DNA from: Paraglomus brasilianum
Lineage: Eukaryota
Direction of reading: 5' to 3'
NCBI GenBank assembly: GCA_910592345.1
Contig: CAJVPI010000049.1
Span: forward strand, 1-64,000
DNA: 64,000 nucleotides
Made by a program: the position numbers and the translations under genes. Positions 12,205-23,600 of this stretch are shown in pieces; position 1 is the stretch's first letter; each line of letters opens with the position of its first letter. A model generated the notes under the pieces. The model was not told where the DNA came from. It did no database searches and worked only from the letters and a program-made list of their open reading frames with translations.

Positions 12205-12726
12205 ATGACATACAACAGTCAATCAATTAGGGAAACTATTAGTAGCCAGTTTGTTACTTCTATTCGTTCTGGCGGTCAAACAGGCGTAGATCGAGCAGCT
12301 CTCGATGCAGCTCTGCAGTTTAATAATATTAAAGTTACGGGCTGGTGCCCGCAGGGACGGTTAGCGGAAGATGGCCAGATTTTGCCAAAATACCCATTGA
12401 AGGAAACGAGCACCAAGGAATACACCGAAAGAACTGAACTAAATGTTCGGGACGCAGACGCCACTCTTGTGCTACTCTTTTCTACTTCCGATCCAAACCA
12501 GGATGGAACCGCATTTACGCTTAGAAAGGCTGACCAATTACGAAAACCGAATATTTGTATTTTGATTGATGAGGAAACTAACGTCGACCGCGTTTGTAAT
12601 TGGGTAAGGGAAAATAAAGTCAAGACACTCAATATAGCTGGTCCAAGAGAAAGCAGTTGTCCTGGAATATATGCCAAAGCATACAAGTTTATAACGGATT
12701 TTTTGGTTCACTTAAGTCTCTCCTAG
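12205..12726 (+). CDS. Circularly permuted YpsA-type SLOG family protein (formerly 'putative molybdenum carrier'), intronless, 173 aa
   Basis: Motifs IRSGGQTGVDRAALD, GWCPQGRLAEDG, YPLKET, RTELNVRDADATL, GTAFT, LNIAGPRES, PGIY. Intact ORF with a TATA-like tatatatag about 50 bp upstream. Confidence 0.9.
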   Translation: MTYNSQSIRETISSQFVTSIRSGGQTGVDRAALDAALQFNNIKVTGWCPQGRLAEDGQILPKYPLKETSTKEYTERTELNVRDADATLVLLFSTSDPNQDGTAFTLRKADQLRKPNICILIDEETNVDRVCNWVRENKVKTLNIAGPRESSCPGIYAKAYKFITDFLVHLSLS

Positions 12727-13220
12727 CATGGAAATTGCAAGCTTTTAGTCAATAGACATGTATCAATGAGTATCGGATATATAATATAGGGATGGCAGTA
12801 AAACAATGCACAGCGTTATTGCTTGCAGCAGTTTCAAAAAATAAAGATTACGATCAGTACTCTATGCTGAACTTTTGCAATGTCGGATAGTGTAAGTGTC
12901 TTGGAAGGGATGAAGCTCCCCCAAAATTGGAGATCAATGTTTAAATGAAGAAATTGTGGAAAATGTTACTCGTTTATTATTTATATCTGTAGAGTGGCCT
13001 ATTTTATGCGTTTCATTTTTTTTTTCTCATTTAATAATGTGCTACTCTACATCGTATCTAACAAGCTAAAAAATAATTACAAAAAATATATCATAGAAAG
13101 AAGAATCAGAAATTACAAGAAAAAAGAAAATAAATATTAAAGACTTTAAATTATGCTATTCGATACAAATGTAATTATGATTTTCATTAATAGTTACACT
13201 ATGCCATGCTGATGATGCGT

Positions 13221-16200
13221 CTATGATTTAGATGAATCGCTTTTAGCAGATGCAGAAGGAATGGGAATACTGCTTACACTAGGCCTCTTCACAAACGGAC
13301 GTTCACTTCCGCGTCGATATGGGCTAAACGCCTGCTGCGTTGATGAATCAGCAACATTCGTGTCACCGGTAGACTCGATAGCAGGACCATTACCAGCGGC
13401 GGCAGCGGCGGTTTTATTATTTGTTTGTTGTTGATTGGACATTCCCTCCGAAAGGCTTTTCGCTCTTCCACGACTCACTGGCAGCTGCGACTTGGGATAT
13501 AACTGTTGCGGCGACATGGGATTTTCTTCTTTCTGCTCCGAATTTGAACCTGGTACTTGAGGTGGTATCTGAGATTTATCGCGACGAGGGAATTGAAGAT
13601 GTTCAGTTGATTGTTGTTGCAAGAGCAAAAGTGGGCGCAGTTGAAGTTGGGGACGTGGTGGTTCTTGCCACAATTGAAGTAGTTGCTGCCTCCTGAGCAG
13701 TCTTTCTTGCATTTTCTTTTCATAAGCTAGTTGCTCCGGGGATTTCTTTTCTGAATGATCATCCGATGAGTTGCTCGGTTTAGCCATGAGTTTTTCTTGA
13801 AGCTTTTCTTGATGTCTCTGGAATTGCAGGGCCGGTCTAAAGTCCATAAATGACGAGGATATCCTCCGCTGTGACTTTGTCTCTGTTTTGATGTTCTTCT
13901 GCTTGAAATTATTAATAGCTTCAATTAACTTGTCGTCTTCAATTATTACGCTTGACTTTTTATCGTTTCTGGCTATTTGCGACGTGTCATTATTAATAGT
14001 CTCGCTTGACTGTTTATTCTCAAAGGCTTCGTCTGACTTATTCTCAAAGGCTTCGTCTGACTTATCCTCAAAGGCTTCGTCCGACTTATTCTCAAAGGCT
14101 TCGTCCGACTTATTCTCAAAGACTTCGTCCGACTTATTCTCAAAGGCTTCGTGCAACTTGCTCTCGTTAATGGCGTCGCTCGATTTGTCTTCACTAACAA
14201 GTTCGTCCGACTTGCTATCTTTCATGGTTTCGCTTGAGACGTCATCTTCAATGACGTTTGACTTGTCATTCTTTATTGCTTCGTTCGATTTGTCGTCGGT
14301 ATGCACCTCTTCTTCTGGTTGTCCTTGCGGTTGATCGTCTGTATTGTCGACTGTTACGTTCTCGTTCGCCTTCGCCGACTTCTTATCCATTTCCCTTTGC
14401 AATTGTTCGTTCAAACTTCGTTGCAGCTTTTCTTGAGCATCTTTTATGGAAAACTCTGGTTTTCTTTCATTCGATCCCTTGATCTGTCTTTCGTGAAGCT
14501 TGTCAGAAGATGAGCTGTGTCGTAGTTCCTGACCCATAGTTTGAAGAACTTCTTGAACTTTGCCTTGAAGCGAATTTTGTAGATTTTGTTCATGTGATCT
14601 CTTACGCGCAATATGTTCTTCTTGCATAGTTTTATGCTTCTGGAACTTGGCAAAGAACGGTGACGATGGTGGGAGAGGAAGCGGTGGGGGACCTAGCCGT
14701 GCTGGAGTCTCTCGAACAGTGTGAGACGGAGTTGAAAGTTTAGAAGGTGGAAGTGGAAGTGGAGGAGGAGTTGCCTTTGAGGATGGAACAGCGATTTTTG
14801 AAGACGTTCTTGAATGTGATGGACTCGATGTCGGTGAGAACGAGCTATTGCGAGAGTGTGCAAGAGGTATCTTCGATGACGGTGAGCTTGGTGTGTTTGA
14901 AGATGCAGATATGGGAGTTGGTCGCGTGGTTGTTGGTGGGAGTGGACGTGGAAGCGGTGGAGGAGCAGAACGGAAAGACGACGAACTCTGATTAAAAGTA
15001 TTCGATAACGAGTTCTTTATTGGCTTTAATGTCGGTGATGTAGAACCTGGAGACGACGTAGAGCGACTATGCAAACTCGAGGACGGAGCTGAGGCCCATT
15101 GAGCTCGTAGTGATGAAAAACTAGGACTTGGACTTCGTGTTGAGGACGATACTGTGTTGGCAGTGGATGTGGATGTGGATGTGGATGTGGATGGTACAAA
15201 CAGAGCCGAGAGTTTGCTGGTCTTTGTAGCAGCAGGAATTAGCGCTGACTCTGTTGGTGATAGAACAGATTCTTTACTTGCTTGTTCTTCAGTTGTTTGC
15301 TCCTCAGTTGTTTGCTCCTCAGTTTGCTTCTCAGTTTGATCTTCAACGGCATGCGTATCGATTATCTGTTCCTCGATTATGTCGTCTTCGATAGGCTGTT
15401 CAATAGTTTGTTCTTCGACAGACTTTTCTACTGTGGGTTCAAATGCTTCTAATTTCTCAGAATCTCCATCATCTACAGGATTCGTTTCATTAATGACTTC
15501 TATCTTGACAATTTCATCTGTAGTTGGTGGAACATCATTATTCTCACATTCATGATGTTCGGTTGTCGTCGAGTCTGAGATTATGTCTGTGCTCTCTGCA
15601 TCCGCAATGTCTACTGTTATCTCTACTTCTGCAGTCTCTTCCTCTGTACTTTCCGCTTCCGCAACCTCTACTTCTGCCATCTCTTCCTCTGCACTTTCCG
15701 CTTCCGCAACCTCTACTGCCATCTCTTCCTCTGCACTTTCCGCTTCCGCTTCCGCAACCTCTACTTCTGCCATCTCTTCCTCTGCACTTTCCGCTTCCGC
15801 AACCTCTACTTCTGCCATCTCTTCCTCTGCACTTTCCGCTTCTGCAACCACTACTTCTGTAATCTCTACTTCTACCATCTCGATTTCGGTGCTCTCTACT
15901 TCAGCTATCTCCACTTCAACTATCTCCACTTCAACTGTCTCTATTTCGGTGTTTTCTACTTCAGCTATCTCTACTTTGGGGCACTCTACTTCTGCTATCT
16001 CTATGTCTGTGATATCTACAGTATCTACTTCTGCGATTTCTACTTCTGCAATCTCCACCTCCGCGATCTCCACCTCCGTCACCTCCACCTCCGCGATCTC
16101 TACCTCTGTCGCCTCTACCTCTGTCACCTCTATTTCTGTCGACTCTACCTCTGTTAACTCTACCTCTATAAACTCTGTTTCCTCCACTTCTGCAATTTCC

Positions 16201-19200
16201 ACTTCAATTTCCACTTCTGCAATTTCCACTTCTGTAATCTCTATTTCTGTTACAGCCATTTGGGAAGATTCGCATGCTTTTGACTCATCATTAAACGAGG
16301 TCTCCTCACGAGATAATTGGGAAATATATTCATCGAGTACCTCGGTTTCAGCGTTCATAGATAGCGGTTCATCAAATTCAGCGACTATGCCAGACTCTTG
16401 CTCGGACTTTGATTGAGTTTCAAATTCGGACAAGTTACCATAAACTTCAGTCTCGGTAGAAGATTCTTGCTCAAAGTTTTGCTGAGATTCGTCGTCAAAG
16501 AAAATGTCGTCGTTAGTCTCAATTTCTGCGTCGGATCCTTCTTCAGCTTTTGAATAAGAATCATCTTCAACGTAAATATCATCGTTTGTTTCAGCATCTG
16601 AATAGGTAAGAACTTCGACAACTTCGTTATCGAAATTTGAGACAATAATAGCCATTGCTCCTTCATCATGCTCGACTTTTACATATTCGATTTCGACAAT
16701 ATCCTTGTCATCTGATTTGCTCTCAGTTTCAGCTTCCGTCACAATCAAATCTTCTTCTGTCGAAATCGTAATCTGTGGGCTGATTTCGACAAGAGTATCG
16801 ATAATGCCTTCTGGCTTATCTTCGTCCACAACGTTTGCTACGACATCTGATTCTTGCCAGTTTTTCTCTTCTACATCTTCAACAATCTCGGAAACTGACG
16901 TTGCATCCGTCAGAGTGCTAGTGGATGTCCTTTGAGAATTGTACGCAGAACTGACATTTGCGCTTGACGCATTTCCAATGGTATCACTCGGTGTAACCGA
17001 TCTACTATCATTCGGAGTCAAGACAAAGCTAGGCGTCAAAGGACGTGAAAGACATACAGTTGGTAACTCTGCCAATACAATATTATCGGTCGGAGAAGAA
17101 CTCAAAACACTATCAGTAATATTCGTTAAATCAGCTGTACTATCTGATTCTTGGACTTCATCTACATGACCCTTGTCCAATTTTGTCGACGAACGTTTAG
17201 ACTCTTTGTTTGTCATTTGAGAAACGGGCGGTACCGGAACTGGTACGTCGGTCGAACCTGGCCCACGATTACCCGATCCGAAACCAAGCGTCTTCATGAG
17301 ACGATGTCCAGCAGATTTCTTCCGAGTGGGAGCTGTCAGTGTTTTCGTAGATCTCATAGAGCTGATTGAGGAGATGGAGGAGGCGCGGTCACGGAACGGT
17401 GACGAAGATATTGAAGCAGTTGCTGTTACAGGTGAATTTGCAAGAAAGTTTTTTAATATCGGCGATGCTTGTCTGGGGGTCTTTACTTGTGTTGCGTTCT
17501 TTGATTGAGCCTTGGATGATGGTTGTTGCTTATCTGATGAAAATGTTGGTATAGGTACACCGATCAAGCGGATGTGACTCCAAGCTCTATCGGGCGAATG
17601 GAGTAGTACATCGCGCAGGTACTCGATTTGTGAAGCAGTATCTATATGAGTTCTTCGCACCGTCGAACCTAAACTAACGGTTGATTTATTGTCAGATGCA
17701 TTGCCGGGAAGAAGCAAATCGGTTTCACTTCTGTTTGTGCTATAACTAGAAGATGCTCGACTATGAGGATAACATCCAGACAATCGGCCAATTCCGAGTC
17801 CTGTTGATCTTCCACCAAAGCAATAAGACTGCATTATTCTTTGACGATCCCATTCGATGACTGTCATTGACCACGAGACGGTATTCCATTGTTGTTTCAA
17901 TTGAGTAATCTCGTCGCGCAGTATATCGAGAGCTTGTTGTATCTGTCTTGCTTCTTCGGGTATATTGTTAAAATATTCAGGATCCAGAAAGTAGTCTTCG
18001 ACGTTCTGTTCATTAATTTCCGCAAACCTATCGTGCTTTTGTAAACGTCCAACTAATTCTTGTGTAAAGTAAGTTCGACTCGCTTGAAGAATCTGCATGG
18101 CCCGACGAGAACTAGCATATAAGCAAGAATTGAACGTGGCGTGTTGAAGTGCGTCAAAGAGGTTGAATGGATATAGAATACAGGAAGTAGAGCGGTATTG
18201 GGTACGTATTTGATGGGGCTGTTTCATAGGTTTAACTATGAGGATGACTCTTATGAATGGTTTCATCGTATTAGTCGCATACGATGCACCAACTATTGTA
18301 GTAGAAGCATCTTCGGCAAGTGATGAACCTCCTTCGGCCGAGTGAGCTGTTTTGCCGAGTAGGTTAACACTTTCGTCATCGCCGTTTCCGTTATTGCGAA
18401 TGTAAGAGTCTGAAATAATGTTAATAGCAATGCCTTCCTCTTCACGGGTGTTGTTATTGTCACAGCCATTACTTTTGTTTTCTGCTATTACCGCGTTTTG
18501 CACCTGTTCTCCAACTTCCATATTCTCTTGGAACTCGTCGCTATGCTCCGAATCCAATCGAGAATGAGCTTCCGAGTATACTGACGGAGCAAATGCATCT
18601 GTATCAGCGCCTTGCTCAGCATTAGTTGGTTCAGATACAACAGTTTCGGATGCAAGCACAGGAGTAATTTTGTTATTTACAGCTGCCGGTACTGGCTCTT
18701 CATTAATTGGTTGGATCTCGGATTCTTGTTTTTTAGAGTGCGATGCGGGGGCGTCGTTGAATGCCAACGAACCATATGGCGCATCAACGTTATCATCCAA
18801 TTCGCCCATCATGGTGAACATTTGATTCGTTTGTAGATCGAGATACAAGTCTACCGTCTGTTCGCTATAAATGTCGTTTGCGTCCCACGCCAAATTAGTG
18901 TCTGTTTGTAGTTTATGGTATGCGTCTATGAACCCCGTTTGAAACCGTCCTAAATGCGCAGACGACTGAGAGAGATCTTCTGACGCAGAAGCAACTAAAT
19001 CCATGAAACTTGCTTGACTTAGACAAGTGAGTGATTTGAGCCAGCTTGCTTCTTCTGGCGTAACGTTTGCATCATCCCGGATTTTTTCGATGGGTATAAA
19101 CTGCTTCCTGTCTTTCGGTACCATTACTCTTATTCCCTGTAAAGTGCTCTCGGCATAAAAGACTCCAAGGTACAGACCAGGGGATAGTTTAGATTTCCGT

Positions 19201-20609
19201 GAACACCATTTCTCAATGAAATTAGTCCATATAGGATGAGGATCTTTCTCGTATATTGGAGAAATTTCGGTAAAGTTTTTCCATTTAAGCGTACCTGCCT
19301 TCACGAGATCAGAAGCAATGTCATCTTTGAATGCATGAGGAACGTATTGCAATGTGACTATGAATTTTGATTTAATAGATGGCATGGAAACAACGTGCTC
19401 ATGAAGAGCTCCTAACGAATCAAGCGATAGTTCATTTTTTAATTTGATGACAGCCTGACCAAAGCTCCTGTTCCACAGAGAGTCATTGTCAGTGAAATAG
19501 TATTCATCCGGATCATATGCAATGGTGTTTGTGTTGTATGAGCTTGTCGATAGAAGCGAGTCGGTATCGCTCGAGTCATCCTTGTCGAATTCAGTTGATG
19601 TAGCCCAATCGAGCGATGTGCGCAGAGCATGTGCGAATTCGTCCGAGTCGTCTTCCACATTATAAAATAATTTTCGATCTCGTACTATTTCCACTGTAGG
19701 AAATACCTTTGATCCCGACATTATCAAGACTTTGTTGTCGCTTGTAAAGAGTATGACTGACAGGTATATCGTGTCCATGTGAAAACGTCCCTTTAGACAT
19801 GTCTTGGGACTGAATACGCCCCTTCTTTTCGAAGCATTCGGGCTAAGATTAGAAGACGATAATGATCTCTGTGGTAAAGAGACCAATACGAGCATTAGCA
19901 TGAAAGATATTGATAAGCAGCGTGATAACAGGGGTTAAAAGTTTTCGAGACAATTAACCTTTCTTGGATGTTCTTCATTATATACAAGTTCCAAATACTC
20001 TGGTGTTTTCTTTCTGACAATTAGTGTGTCCTGTATAGAATGCGCGTTAGTCATGACTAGTCTCTCTTGATCAGCCACACGTTTGTTTCAACTTGTTTGA
20101 AATTTACCTCAGCCGGATGCGACGAAAGCAGATATGACTCGCAAAGCCAACACTGGAATAGTTTACTATACAATGCATAATTCCACGAATCGTATATCGC
20201 TAATATCTTGCATGCCTGGTTATAAAGAAATACGTTATGAGAGGGTGATAAAATGGACGTGCAACGTTTGCAGACTTGACAACCTACCCGTTCTAAAACT
20301 GCCTGTACAGATGTTCCTTGTGTGTATTCGACGTCTACAGGTTTATCACGGCCTTCAAGGCGTACTTGTATTAAACAAAAACTAAAGATTGTAGAAGAAT
20401 CATGTTGCAATGAGGAGCGGAAGGACGTATTGAATAGTAGTTGACATAGTAAGAACCCATTTATAGAAATATCTCACGATTATTCTTTAGGGAATTCTAT
20501 ATGGTATGTTGAATTCACGATTCTTTTCTTTTCTTTTCATTTCATTTCTTTTCATTTCATTTCATTCTTGACATTCTCTATCCATAGCTTGTAATACTTA
20601 CAAGTCCAT
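13221..20609 (-). CDS. ~2309-aa protein: N-terminal ubiquitin/RA-like domain, ANKFN1/wide-awake-like conserved domain, then long acidic, Ser/Pro-rich and coiled-coil disordered tail; exons 20609-20602, 20381-20288, 20215-20108, 20030-19959, 19868-13221
   Basis: Canonical GT-AG introns splice in frame into the 2226-aa ORF, giving MDFFCLIQVRLEGRDKPVDVEYTQGTSVQAVLERACKILAIYDSWNYALYSKLFQCWL... The 8-nt first exon is the least certain part. Domain call is from recalled motifs (YLSVILF...FPTVEI; LSPGLYLG...KIRDDANVTPEEASWL). Confidence 0.8.
14014..14152. repeat. Coding 24-bp tandem repeat, ~5.8 copies (FENKSDEA)
   Basis: ttattctcaaaggcttcgtc(c/t)gac units read directly. Confidence 0.95.
15625..16255. 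repeat. Coding acidic repeats: ~45-bp units (AEAESAEEEMAEVEV) grading into 15-bp-period EVEI(A/T) pentapeptides
   Basis: Recurrent tctgcactttccgcttccgcaacctctacttctgccatctcttcc units at ~15625-15860 and degenerate tctacttctgc(a/g)at units to ~16255. Confidence 0.9.
20521..20567. repeat. (TTTTC)/(ATTTC) microsatellite in predicted intron 1
   Basis: ttcttttcttttcttttcatttcatttcttttcatttcatttcattc. Confidence 0.8.
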
Positions 20610-23600
20610 TATGATTTATTTTCTTCTTCTCGTTTGATAAGATTTTAATCGAGAAGTTTAAAAGAGTGTTCGTAATGGGAAAAGAGAGTTGTTTGTCGCA
20701 TAGACGATTAGTGATTGATAAATGTAAAATAAAGAGTGAATAGTAATTGACTAGATATTATTAATAAATGCAGATTAATGAAAGTAAAAAGTTGAATTAT
20801 CGCAGTAAGTCTCTGGCGATAGTAAAGAGTGGGGTGAAAACCGCCGAAACAGAATGAATCGTGTATATAAACAGAATACCCAAGTGCTACCGCGGATATA
20901 ATAATTTAGTGTAATAAAAGCCGATACATAATTTGAAAAAGCCTTCATATTTATTTACTATAATTAACCTGCTCTTCTCGTCTCGAGTAGTACATCTAAT
21001 TTATGCACAGTGTTGTGCAATCTTTGATTCCACGCGCAAAATTGAACTGGTCACTGACTTTTCGCCTTACTGTTAACCGCCAATTTTGGCTGTGACGTTA
21101 ATTATGGTAATAGTATGGGATTCTTAAAAGGATGGGAATAGTGAAACGCATCATAATGCATCTGTTGTAGAGCATTCTAATTCGATTTGGTAATTAAATG
21201 CAATGGATTTAATTAATTGTATTGTGTGTTTCGGATTGAGTCGATCAAGGGTCTGGTATTCGCAGAATGACGACGGGAGAACGAGATCAAGTACCGGGAT
21301 GAACGTGACATAGTCCACAACACAACACAACACAACAAACACAATTTTGAAACACTAATTGGTAATCGTAATGCTCTTATCGTCAAACATTGTACGGATT
21401 TGTTTCGTTCTGTCTCCAGTATATAATAATCGCATACCAAATGGGGGATTCGAAAAATGGATCTTTTCTCTGCAATTCAATTTGGCATCTATAAATATAC
21501 AACTATGGATGCATATCGTCAAATTGGCTGGTCTGACGATGCTTTTACGGAAGACCAGTTCTCGCATCATGCCAATCCATATGAATTGTACTATATATTA
21601 ATGCATTTTCCCCCCCACGTTTCTCCAACTTCAGTAATGCACGTCAACTCTTCAATGCTAGATAAAGATTAATCATTCTTAATATGGATAACCAAATCTG
21701 ATTTACTCACGTGGAGAAAATGTGAGACAAATATGGTTAGACATTAATTATTTATAGAAAAAATAATAAACAACTCATTTTATCGTCTTTATTCTTAGTA
21801 ATCATATAAATCATTATATTAAAGCCGGTTCACTTTCTTGATAAACAGTGATTTCAACTGCTGCAAGCGTATCTCCTCGATTTCCTTTTTCCACTCACTC
21901 GCTTTCCATGTACAATACAAATTAACCAAGTTTTCAACATTGTCTGTATAAATACAATTGTAGTACATTCATATTGTGCGGGGAAATACCGAAACTATGA
22001 ACAAGTCACAATAGAAAGTGCATCAATGCCCCATTATTATATACAATAATAGTGTATCCCTCCCCCTTTCCCATCCCCCACATTGCTCTACTATCTCCAC
22101 CAAATGTATAACTTTTAGCAATCATTGGCTCACTGGACTATACAAACGTTCACTAGACTCTGGCAAACGGGTAACATACAATATCCACTCTTATTCGTTC
22201 GGCCGTGGAGTTCTTTAGGCATAGGTCGAATGCATATTGGTGCTACGTCGCACAAGTATTGTTCATATTTATAATTCACCGAGATATTGGTTATTACACA
22301 ACTCGCCAGAGTTTGAACCGAACCGAACCGACTGGCCAACCAACCAACCATTCAATTCTTCCAGCAGTGTAAAGTGTCTTGATATTTGTCCTACAAATTT
22401 GCTGTTCGAAATCAAACCAAACAGCGAGAAGAACCCTCGATCAAATCGGTTTGCTCGAACGTTTCAAGCTGCCCGTTCTATCCTATCGAAATTATCGGCC
22501 AACTCAGCCGATGGCTTGCTATGGTTAGATTTATCAGATAAATGAGATTTAATTATCACGCCTTGCCGATTTTAATACTACAACGAATTGAAATCGACTA
22601 CTCTCCCTAATTCTGGGTGGATTATCGATACAATTTTAGACAACAACTGTACCAAGAGCGTCAAAACAAGTTTCAGAAAAAAATTTTTTTAAATTAATGA
22701 ATGGATGGTTTTTAAAGTTTGTACAATTAGTAATAAGTTTATTAAACTTAATTCCATTTGAATGGCGATTTTCCTAACAATTTATTAATCTAATGCACTG
22801 ATCCGAATAAACGTAAAAATTTTGTTATTTCAACGGAACACGGACAAGTAATTGCATTGCAAGTAAAATACAGACATACAGTATAATAAATGTAATTTAA
22901 TAAGGTATCTGTTATTATTATGCTATTCAAACGACCGTTCCAGCAATAAGAAGCCTTCCCATTTGAATGATAAAGCATTCGTCAACTATTCGGCAGACAA
23001 AAGCTTTTATGAGAGCTCGCCTTTAAATAGTGAGAAACTCTTGTTTGTTAGTGGACTGGACAAATTGTTTATTTATATGTATAACATAAGATACAGTCGC
23101 TTGCCAATAGTATCGCTGATCATAAAGATACATTACGGTGATACGTAGTACAGTAATTCAAGCTGGATCACTAATTAAGAAACATTAATATTAAAACGCG
23201 CGCATCAGTTAATAAAGAAATGTTCACAAAATAGTCACGATTAAAAAAACCATTAGTCATTAAACGTGCAAAAATTCTTGGAACGCCAGTTCGATGGTCT
23301 CCACATGAACAATCAAAGCTGGGTAGGTGAAAAAACCCAAAAACAACACTCCACATGATAGAGGTTATCATGCATTCTAGTCTAAATTACGGTCATATGA
23401 GTAGAACAAGAAAAAGCCCTTAACAGCAAGTTTATGATTTGTTCTCTCACGGCTGGGTGTACATGATGTAAATTGGTTAGTATAGAAAGTCGCACATTTC
23501 CCTGTGTAATACTGTAATATGTGGAGCTGCCTTTACTTGCATCATTGAGGATAGTGTCACAAGTAAATCTACTAGGACATTTTGAAGAATCGAATCGGTT

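Noticed and set aside
14014..14152. Regular 24-bp repeats as a possible CRISPR array
   Set aside because: Head-to-tail with no unique spacers, in frame within a eukaryotic CDS, and no cas genes.
15524..16416. Plus-strand Ser/Thr/Ala-rich ORFs (277 aa, 112 aa) resembling a mucin or adhesin
   Set aside because: Antisense shadows of the Glu/Val repeat in the large minus-strand gene; no signal peptide or independent support.
20390..20460. Alternative starts (ATG at 20460 or 20447) or an AT-AC/U12 intron for the large gene
   Set aside because: They need weak or non-canonical donors, or give the wrong phase. ATG GAC TT|gtaagt at 20609 fits with canonical signals.
22310..22350. gaacc/aacc short repeats as hAT subterminal repeats
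   Set aside because: No TIR pair or TSD found.
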